Below are positions 54,442 through 64,000 of a DNA stretch of 64,000 nt, one piece after another; positions within the stretch are counted from its first letter, which is position 1, and each line of letters begins with the position of its first letter. Source of the stretch: Blasia pusilla (lineage: Eukaryota). Where the stretch lies: contig CM114271.1 in assembly GCA_050084515.1 (NCBI GenBank), positions 44,640,001 through 44,704,000 on the forward strand, in the 5' to 3' direction. Made by a program: the position numbers and the translations under genes. The notes under the pieces were generated by a model. The model was not told the DNA's origin. It worked only from the letters and a program-made list of their open reading frames with translations, and did not search any database.

Positions 54442-57400
54442 TGTCGTAGAGTATAGTGTGCTAGTAGAGGACATTCCTTATGTAGGACCGTAGTGGCTTG
54501 GTAGAGATGCGGTTCCATACATAGGATTGGGGGTTACTCAGTTGGGGGTGAGTTTCCCAGTAGGGCCCGCTCTTAGGTTGGAGGATATAAGGTGGAGTGC
54601 ACTCAAAGAACAGTCAGTTCTTTGAGTTGAGCCTGTTGCGTTGGGAGTTAGCCGTGGTAGTGAGTAGAGCTCTTGGCTATGGTGTTTCCCGCAAGCTTCG
54701 ACCTGGATTCTCCCATCGTGGAGTGGGTTTGGCTTGATTGTATGTGATTGTAAACGTGTTTTATGACAGTAGGTCTTTCACGAATTTCACTCAAAGAACT
54801 GGATTAGATCGATGGTAGCTTCGATTGTAGATCAATAGGATCTGGTTAGGGCTGATTGTGTACTCAGCCGTGGATGTTCGGGGCTTTTTGCCTATGTTGG
54901 AGGTATGAATCAGGTGCGTGGTTGGTTGGGAAAGAAGCGCCTTGCTGAGAGCTTTCCAGCGTGGCGAACGGGGCGATAGGGGCATGTCTCGAGCATTTCT
55001 CGGCGTTTTGAGGCTTCGAGGCAACTCGTGGTAGCTCGAGGCGAGTGGGCGTGAGAGGCGAAGTAAGGAGCAAGGAGCAAGCAAGCAAGCTTGCTTGCTT
55101 GGGCATGAGGCAATTTTTGCAGGATTTGGGATTTGAGTTTTGCATAACTGGTCACCCATCTTTGGGCTATTTCGCTCTGGAGGACGCTTAATCGCTGAGT
55201 TCTTAACTATGCCAGGATGCATCTGTTGTAGCTCATTTGGTCTTTGTTCGAGATGTGTTAGGCGCTTTATGCATCTCAGGTTTTTGGTTGATGTACCTCT
55301 AGCGCATAGTACGGTGTAGCCTCTCCATGCAAGTGATATTTTCAGGTGCTGCGAGTTCGACTAGCACGTCATCGACCCGCGGCGGAGTAGCTATTGCGTT
55401 AGAATTGTGTGGTGGGTTTTGTGGATTCAGGGGGCACCACGTTTGGTGGATTGTGTTACCTTGATTTCCATTTGCGGTTGGAGGGTTGTCGTTGGACTTC
55501 CTGTGTCTGGATCCCCTCCATCGTGCTTCTTGCTTGCGCGCCCATTGTTAGGGTTGACGCTGATTTCCAGAGTAGTGTTACTCCTGTGTGCTACTGATAG
55601 TGAGGCTGGAGTGATGACCAGTAGATTGTGGACTGTGGGAGACTTCTTGTGGTGATGAGAGGTTAGATTGCCTACACCCATAGCTAGTAGAGCTACAATA
55701 GTAGAGCGACATCGACGTCACTTGGGTAATTTGGTGGTGGTGCGGCATCGGCGTTGGTCATCACGGAGTTGTCGGGTGGTCTGGTTGGGGACCGTGGTGC
55801 GGACAGTGGTGGTTTCACATGGAGTGGATTTAGGTATCGGCTACCTTTTCCATTTCCGATGGTTGATGAAGAGGAGGACCAGGGTGTTCCAAACACCGAG
55901 TCTTCTACATTGTTATCGAGTGTTGGAGCTCCATTGATTTGGGACATGGACGGTGGATATGGGGCCATGAAGGGCCCACGACGATACTCGGGTGCAGTGG
56001 GCACCATTGAGTTGGAGGACTTCATGCAAGAGTTTGATACGTGGTGTGATATGCAGATGTTGCGGAACGCCACGTTGTTTACACCCTTCTTGGCTTGGAA
56101 GGGGTTGTTTCAGCACTTGGAAGGACCACCCATGGATGATTACCATGAGTTTAGGAAGGACCATGTTGCTGAGATTGAGGCATGGAGACAATATTGGTCT
56201 CCAGGCTATGTGTCTATCACCCATGGTGGTATTGGTAGTAGTGCTCCTACTATGCCCCGCCCAGCCCGACGTTGAGTGGTAATGCAGTATGAGCCGGAGT
56301 GGGGGTACGGTGGAGGAGGTACTAGTGGGGGTACTAGTGGAGGTACTAGTGCCCCACCATCGCTCACCGGTTGGTTGCAGAGTTCTTCAAGAGGTTGAAG
56401 AAGAACTATCAGGAGTGAAGACGGAGAAGTTGAGGAATCTTCAAGACTTTGAGCGAAAAGATGGTGAGAGTCTTCGTGAGGCATACACTCGTATCGGCGA
56501 CGCTTGATTTCGATTACCCAGGGTGTGATTGAGGATCACGATCGCTTTTGGTACGGATCTTGGACAGAGATTTGCGCGTAGAGGGTACGTGATGCTACTC
56601 TTATGAGTGATGATTCACCCACATTGACCCATGTGTTTGCTTTATCCGAGAAGATTGAGCTTAACATGGTGAAGGAGAGAGTGGTGACATCCGCATTCAA
56701 GAGGGGATACAACTACTACTTCGGGTTCAGCCGCCCACCTCCGATCTCGTAGTAGTGGTGGTGGTAGTAGTAGTGGGAGTCGTGGGGGTACACGCGACCT
56801 CAGTCAAGTCCTAGAGGGACATTTGTGCAGAGACCATTGCCTTCATTTGCTGCCCTGCAGCAAGGACAGTCATGTTGGACATGTGGAGGTGATCATGTTA
56901 GGAAGTTTTGTCCCCAAGAGGATGGGAGACGGACTTTGGAGGATGGGCCTCAGTCGGCCCCAACTTAGTGTGATCATTGCGGGAGACTAGGTCATCCTCG
57001 AGAGCGTTGCTTTGATCTCCATCCAGAGTTGAGATTAGGCCGTGGCCGTGGTGGAGTAGCTCCGAGAGGCCGAGGTGGTAGAGGTGGTAGGGGTGGTAGA
57101 GGTAGACCAGTGGTTGGAGAGCCTACGGTGGCTACCCCTACCACTACGACAGTCACTATGGTCGCCAGGATTGAGCAGATTGGAGCAGAGTTGGCTACTA
57201 TGGTCGGTATCCAAAGATAGATCGAGTTCGGGAGCAGGGCTTCCACCTCTTATGGAGGGATGATCTCTCTTATATGGCGAGTGTCAAAGACAATGTTGAG
57301 GCATCAGTGCGATTCTGAGAGGAGCCACTCGAGCGTGAGAGCCACGTGGTGCTCTTGTGGAGTTGGACCCACAGAGGGGTGAGGTGGGAGGCGGCTAGGC

Positions 57401-58609
57401 TTCCCGAGTCATTCTTGTTGTCTGAGGTGCTTAGGACTCCATCCATGGTTCCTACGCTGCTTATTGAGCCGGCAGTGGGGATCGAGGCATCTACATCGCG
57501 TGTAGTAGACACGGATGCAAAGATCAATGCAAGATTATGCGGATGTCAACCGGTGTTGGGATCCCCATTGTTTTCGCCACGGAGTCGATGGCTTTAGGAG
57601 TTGACTTAGCTCTGTATTTGATTAGCGACCACGTTGTGTGAACGTGGGGTGTTATGCTACACGTGTTGAGGTGGATGAGGGTGTTGCGGTGGAGCGACCC
57701 TCTATGTCGAGTAGCATTGAGTACCGGTGCTACTTGGCAAAGAAAGAACGGCGAAGATGGATGCATTACCCCGCCAGCCATTGATCGTGAGAGGCTTATA
57801 CTGGTGTATGTATATTGGACAACCGGAGTGGGATCTTCCGATTGGTGAGTCCTACAGACAGTGTATAGACCGGATAGAGTCTTGTTAGACTCGGTGCCCA
57901 ACCTTTGATGTTGGGAAAGGCGGCATGTATTGGTTTGGGTATTCGGAGGTCGAGCTTGAGCCTTGCCCATTCCAGATTCAAACATCACTTGGAGGAGCCA
58001 ATGATAGGTCTCAATTCATGACACGGAAAAGTTTTTCATGCGGTTGAGACCAGATCATGCGATCGATAGCTCCCGGTTGGGAGTATCTCATGTAGTCACA
58101 TCGGCCGAGTCGTATGATGTACTAGTTGGAGGAGTAGTATTGTACCCGATGGGTTTTCAGATGGATTATCGGATCTGCGATGGGCGTCTTACTGACCTAG
58201 TTGGCAGTCCGGGATGGACGTATGAGCCAAGTTCTGTGAGATTTATTTATGGGGCTCGACCAAGAGGGTCTTCCCAACAAGTGTTAGCATCTCGGGTGGT
58301 TTTAGTGGAGTAGTCACTTGGCCAGAGACTTTTTGGAGGGTAATGTTTCTACTATGGATTCTCCTGCGCATGAGGAGGTAGAGGAGGTCCCTATTTTTTG
58401 CAGCAAAGTGGCATCCTCATCGTTGGATGTGCCACTTTGGAGTTCAGCGGTGCACTACGGCAAAAGGCCGACGCCTAGTGCAGAGGCTTGGTGTGAGGTG
58501 TTATACCTCACGAGGAAGAGGAGGCCCCACGGCGGACTCCTACTACTGGTCCGATTAGGTTATCCCTTTGGATACTACACCCATTGTATGGCAAGATCCG
58601 CCGGAGGGT

Positions 58610-59545
58610 ATTTGTGTGTTAGATCTCTTTGGTGGGATTAGCACGGTTTGGCTGCAGTGTTGCAGCCGGTATTCTGTCATGGAGATACGTGTATGTGGGA
58701 GCGAGATGAGACGGCCTGCAGAGTCTCATCTCGACATATTGGTCGATTGATGCGAGATACCTGAGTTGTTGCCGCCATCGGCTATTCGTGGGTACCGGCG
58801 TGTTTTTACCATCACACATTGCATTGTTGGGGCGCAGGACCTTGAGAGGGTTGGTCCTGTGGATTTGGTGATTGCCGGATGGCCATGTCGTGGTCATACA
58901 CGTCGGCCGGGTCGTGGTGAGGGATTACATGACCCTAGGTCTCGATTGTTTTGGGAGATGTTACGGGTGTTACGACATCTTCAGTTCATCAGCACGTGCT
59001 CTAGCTTACATTTCGAGAATGTTCCATTGTTGGGTGACACTCGGACCCGGATGATGCGAGTGTTCATGAGGTGCGGTCTTGGATTGACCAGCGGTGTTGT
59101 TGGATGCTGGCAGAGTTGGCTCGTGTGCACATCGCCCACGCTTGTGGTGGACAAACTTGTTGCCTAGGAGGTTCTACGTTGAGCATATGATGCAAGGTCT
59201 GGCGGGATCCTCGCCTTACAAATGGATAGTATCTTGATCTTGGCGACTTTCTCAAGTGGTGAGGTTATTGATCGGTCACCCATGGCGGCAGTGAACGTGT
59301 GGGCGACCTAGGATGGCACTACCCACATTTGTGAGTTTTCCTCGTCACATGCCTACAGGAAGGTGGTCCAGGGCTTGTATGGGATTCTCATGTGCGACAG
59401 TTGGTGGAGCCTAACGCCGATGAGAGAGAGCGTGTGATGGGATTTGCTATTGGTGTGACAAATGTTGCTTCTATTTACGAGGCTTCACGACGTCATGTGT
59501 TGGGTCAGACCATGGACCTGAATTGTTTGACTTGGATTTTGAGTC
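58610..59545 (+). pseudogene. DNMT3-like C5 cytosine methyltransferase domain within the Gypsy polyprotein
   Basis: Motif I VLDLFGGIST (58616), IV GPVDLVIAGWPC (Cys 58886), VI FENV (59015), VIII LDAGRVGSCAHRPRLWWTNL (59100), IX ERERVMGF and X RRHVLGQTMD (~59420-59517). Split across frames. Confidence 0.9.
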
Positions 59546-60012
59546 TTGGTATGGCCGAGCAACGTCGACTTCAGACTATGTCTGTGGGTCTTCCACCCCT
59601 TGTAATGAGCTCGATGGTTACCGGGACGGTAGAGGCATCGGTGGGGGCGAGGAGAGTAGTATTTTGCATCCTTGGAGTAAATGGGATGTAATGGTGGGCA
59701 TGTGGAGTTGGTTGCTCATCTTTGGTGGAGGAGTTATTTGCTCAGATGATGGTGTAGCTAAGGGTGTACCATCTTGTGAGGGGTTATGAGCGACCAATGG
59801 CATCGCCCCTCCCTCTAGTGTGCCAGTGGAGGAGACTTGGGAGCCATTACTTGGGCCCAAGCTTACGGGAGGTGAAAAACGACGCTTGACACAATTCCTA
59901 CGTGCTTATAGGAGTTGTTTTGCCTTTAGCATGAAGGAGTTGGGTTCTCTGGTTGGACCCGGTATACGGATTGATTTGGCTAGTGATACGCCAATCTTCC
60001 GTCGTCCCTACC

Positions 60013-61004
60013 TGTCGCGCCCCTACTCTCCTTGAACGTCAATCTTTAGTGTTGCGGAAGCGTGCGTTCAGTAGGTCACGAACTCATCGCCGATCTGCAC
60101 CCAAACACGCACTCTCGTTAGTCGGGTTTGGCCAACCGGCGTTCCAACCCACCGAGTCCTCAACTCGGCATCTCATCAAGCTCAACCTTCCTTAGTTCCT
60201 AGCTCCCAACACATGGCAAGTCCTTCAAGACTTGGAACAGACTTCCTGATTAGTCCAGGGATCTGAAACGGCACTTACACGCCTAGCGATCCCAACTGTT
60301 CAACGGTCCTCGTGTGAGTTCCGAACCGAGACCCAAGTAATTGAGTCGCGGCGTGAAATCCAAGAGGGATGTCTAAAATCGCCTCAATGGACTTGGTGCA
60401 GGTTTTCCAACCCAACGCCCAAACTCGCGTTCCGTTCCATGCCCTTGAGCCGCCCAAAGTGGGGTTTGGGTTCCAAGCACTCTCGGAGACCTTCCCCTTT
60501 ACTAGTACTTCTGGGGTTCTCCAATAACCCCTCCCCTTTGGGAAAAGAGGTTCGGGCTCTTCATTGTGGCCCTCAACCCGACTCCACTTACAGTCGTTTT
60601 CGCTTTGTATCTCGGCCATTGCTTATGCGTTTGCAGCGATCTTTGATGCGTTTGAACCGGCTCTCCATAAGCTTTCCATCGCACTCTTATTTGTTCCAAA
60701 CGCATCTCGGCGCTAAAAGTTATGGCCATAAATACAGTCGGAAACTCTCAAACGCAAGTGGCGTTCCAAGTCCGGATCTTTCCTTTGGCAACCCACTTCC
60801 TAGACTCGACTTCTTTCAAGTCTCATTCCGCGTTTGGTCCAGGTTTCCGAGTCGCGACCATCACATCTGAAACGCGACTTCTCGCTCGCGTCTCATCTCT
60901 TGTCTCCTCTTTGAGACAACTCCAACGCGCAAACCATCTTAGCGTGAGCCCGCTAATGTTCCGATGTTCCGCTTGGCACTTGTTTGGTCCTGAGGGTCGC
61001 AACA
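60013..61004. mobile_element. Solo LTR (992 bp) inserted at the start of the Gypsy RT; related to 50965-51978 in opposite orientation
   Basis: TGTCGCG...CGCAACA termini; TSD CTACC at 60008-60012 and 61005-61009. Removing it restores IFRRPYRYSDMERDLIQ. Confidence 0.92.
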
Positions 61005-63744
61005 CTACCGATATAGTGATATGGAGAGGGACTTGATTCAGAGTAGGACGTTGGACCTTTTGGAGGCTGGATTAGTGGAGTTGTTGCATGGAGAGTATGC
61101 ATCAGCCACTGTCATGCCTGCTAAAAAGGATATGCATGGCAACTACACGGATAGGCGGATGTGTGGAGATTACCGTCCTATCAATCGGCAAACCAAGGCC
61201 GATAGGTATGCCATGCCTACACCTGAGGAGATCTTTGATGTGGTGGGACAGGCAAAGATTTTCAGTACTTTGATCTTTGGCAGATACCATCAATTGCCTA
61301 TTCGGGAGAGTGACAAGGCCAAGACAAAGACATTTTGGGGTGTCAACTCTCATGGCAAGGATTGTTTGTACTAGTGGAAATTCTTACCCTTTGGGTTGAA
61401 GAATGCACTGCCGAGTTTGAAAGAGTGATGGACAGGATCCTAGCAGGTTGGATTTTGTTCGGTGTTACATTGATGATATCTTGGTGTTCAAGAACACGGT
61501 GGAGGAGCATCGATACATTTGCAGATGGTGTTTGAGCGGTTGAAAGCTCATGGTCTACGTTGCATCCAGGAAAGTGTAAGTTCTTCCATGAGGATGTTGA
61601 GTACTTGGGTCATGTGATCTATCCAGGTGGTTTGGGAGTTTAGCAAGCAAAGGTGGAGGCTATTGCACTTATTCGCGTCGGTAGATGTGAGTAGAGTTCG
61701 AGCATTCATGGGATTGGCGAACTACTATCGGAGGTATGTGAAGGATTTAGTGCTATGGCAAAGCCTTTGAACCAATTTCTGAAATCAGATCAAGAGTGGC
61801 AATGGGAGATGATCAGAGAGAGCTTTTGTGGAGCTTAAGGCCCGAGTTGGTGGCGGCGCCTATCTTGAGGAGACCTATCGAGGGCGCCCATTTACACACC
61901 GATTGGAGTAGGTTGGGACTTGGAGCGGTGTTGACACAACATGATGATGAGCACATGGAGTTTGTGGTGGCCTATGCAAGTCGTTCGAATAATGCAAATG
62001 AGTCGCGCTATAGTTCATATGAGGGAGAGTGCTTGGCAAGAGTGTGGGGGTGGCACACTTTAGGTGTTACTTGTTTGGCACCCGTTTACCCTTATTCGAT
62101 CACCAACCGCTCAAGTGGTTGATGGAGTCGGACAAGCTTACAGGGAAGCTTGCACGGTGGGCTCTTATCTTACAGGAGTATGACTTCCAGGTGGTACATA
62201 GACCTGGAGTTGCCAACCTTGATGCTGATGGGTTGAGTAGGAACCCATGTACTAGCCAAGAGGATACAACAAGGGCTAGATGGTATGGCGAGGTTGATGA
62301 GGAGATGGTGCCAGGTTGGCATGCATCCGCCTTTTTATGTTGGTTAGGGGTGGACTCTAGTATGGAGGACCACATGATATCTTACTCTAGTCAGAGGGTA
62401 GATGGCTAGCCTTCAGATCCTAAGGTTGGAGATGATGGTACAGATCAGCGTGATATTCATGATGATGCGTTGGTGTTGGAGTTCCTACGGACCGGTAGGG
62501 TGCCAAGCATAGTGAGTGCCAAGGAGCGAGACCGTGTTCTTCAACGTGCTAAGAGGTATCGATTGGAGGGAACACATATTCTCCGCGTGTGGGAGGATGG
62601 TAGAGTACGAGTAGTGCCACATTTGGCTCAGAGAGAGCGCATTGTGCGACATGCCCATGAGGAGTTGGGACATTTTGGGGTAAAGCGTTTAGGATATAGC
62701 TTACTCCTTGGCCAGTATTGGTGGCGTGGCATGCATACTCAGGTGCAGCAGTTGGTGTCACGTTGTATGGTTTGTGACCGGGTGAGGGCATCATTTAATG
62801 CCCCTACACCACAATTACACCCCTTGCCTATTATGGGGTTGGGTTACCGTTGGAGTGTGGACTTTTGCGGGACCGTTATCGTTGGTATGCGACATCATCA
62901 ATATGTGTTGGTGATGGTGGAGCACTTCTCCAAGTGGATTGAGTTGGTGGCATTACGGACAAGGCGAGTGAGGAACGGCGTATGCGTTTCTCGGATAGAG
63001 TGCTTAGTCATTTTGGTGCACCGGTGAAGTCGACCGACCAGTGGTACAGAGTTTCAGTGGTGAGTTTTGGTCTTGTGTGACAAGGCGTTGATTGATCATC
63101 GGACCACGTCTCGAGATCATCAGAGGCGGATGGTTTGGCCGAGCGTGTGGTTCAGACGGTGAAGAGGGCATTGCGCAAGTATGGCCTCTGAAGGGGCATC
63201 TTGGAGACTGGATATTCAATTGCCATGGTTAGCCATGGGTATAGGTTCGATCGCCAAGCATCCTTGGCTTCCTTCTCACCTTATTTTCTGTTCTACGGCC
63301 GAGATCCGGACTTGCCAACAAAGAATTCATCGGGAGTCTAGTGAGGTGGTGAACCTTGATGACCCGAGATGTGGATGAGGGTGTGTTCTCGCGAGCGGAG
63401 CTCTTTCGAGAGTTATGCCAATGACCTTTGAGAATCTTGCCATTGCTCAACATAGGGATACGTTGCGGTATGCAACCATTCGAGGTGGAGGTTATCGACC
63501 ATCGATTCAGAGGTTCCATGTGGGGACTATGTCTATTTGCAGCAGATTGCCCGACAACGTTGGATGTGACGGTAGGCCGCACTATTTTACGAATGCGCGA
63601 GGTGTTAGCTTCTGGAGTTCTCATGTTGGAGGGTCGTGATGGAGTTGTTTGGAAGGACCATTGCGTAATTGTGCGCCATGTCATCTTCCAAATGTGGATG
63701 GTATCATTGACCCAAGCTTAGCCATGATACGTGCTAGCTTGAGG

Positions 63745-63884
63745 TGCATGTTGTGTGGGTCTGCCGTAACGCGGCCCGTATGTTGGTGTGTGATCGGTGT
63801 TCTAGGGGTTGGCACATGATGTGTTTGACTCCACGTTTGGATGTCGTTCCTACTGGAAGGTGGGTTTGTCCTCGATGTACTTAG
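63745..63884 (+). other. PHD finger (C4HC3) at the integrase C-terminus
   Basis: CMLCG (63745), a frameshift, then MLVCDRCSRGWHMMCLTPRLDVVPTGRWVCPRCT* (63780-63884). Confidence 0.9.
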
Positions 63885-64000
63885 GAGAGGTAGATGACTT
63901 GATCTTTGCATGATATGGATTACAGATGTGCGACTAACGATGGGGCAACCTAGCACCCGGCCTTCTGATTCGGGCACCCAAGAAGGTGTATAGCATGTAG

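Larger units (their letters stand above)
54442..64000 (+). mobile_element. Ty3/Gypsy LTR retrotransposon carrying a DNMT3-like methyltransferase and a PHD-finger integrase; runs off the window
   Basis: Putative 5' LTR ~54442-54780. Gag 55940-57220 with knuckles CWTCGGDHVRKFC (56873) and CDHCGRLGHPRERC (56969). Protease RVLLDS(G)AQPLMLG ~57875. DNMT ~58610-59545. RT ~59880-61640 (RMCGDYRPIN, YIDD 61466). RNase H (LHTDWS, VVAYASRS, DHQPLKWL). Integrase (HEELGHFG...CMVC, LVMVEHFSKWIE). PHD 63745-63884. Many frameshifts and stops. Confidence 0.93.

Noticed and set aside
58568-59691. Host DNMT3/DRM gene, or bacterial restriction-modification methylase contamination
   Set aside because: Intronless, lacks host N-terminal domains, and is collinear with retrotransposon protease and RT. 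The motifs are DNMT3-like, with no bacterial gene context.

Overview
Eukaryotic, repeat-rich plant DNA. It is probably from a non-flowering land plant; this is an inference from the WASH-complex gene, spliceosomal introns, plant-type RPB6/CML/MAM33 genes and (GA)n tracts. Four host genes can be supported: a multi-exon WASH complex subunit 4 (SWIP) gene (1773-13226, -), RNA polymerase common subunit RPB6 (28939-30467, +), an intronless CML17/18-like calmodulin-like gene (41215-41712, +) and a MAM33-family mitochondrial glycoprotein gene (44876-46965, -). Between them lie a Tourist-like MITE, a CACTA remnant, a near full-length RTE/RTEX-like LINE sitting inside a (GA)n microsatellite, a truncated copy of that LINE in a WASHC4 intron, Helitron-like repeats and a stranded fragment of an HCF173-like gene. 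The last 14 kb is a nest of LTR retrotransposons: a Copia element is interrupted by a Gypsy element, and each carries a related ~1 kb solo LTR with a 5-bp TSD. The standout is the Gypsy element. Its polyprotein reads Gag - protease - DNMT3-like C5 cytosine methyltransferase - RT - RNase H - integrase - PHD finger, and it shows a possible self-priming signal instead of a tRNA primer-binding site. All protein assignments come from motif recognition by eye; no searches were run.
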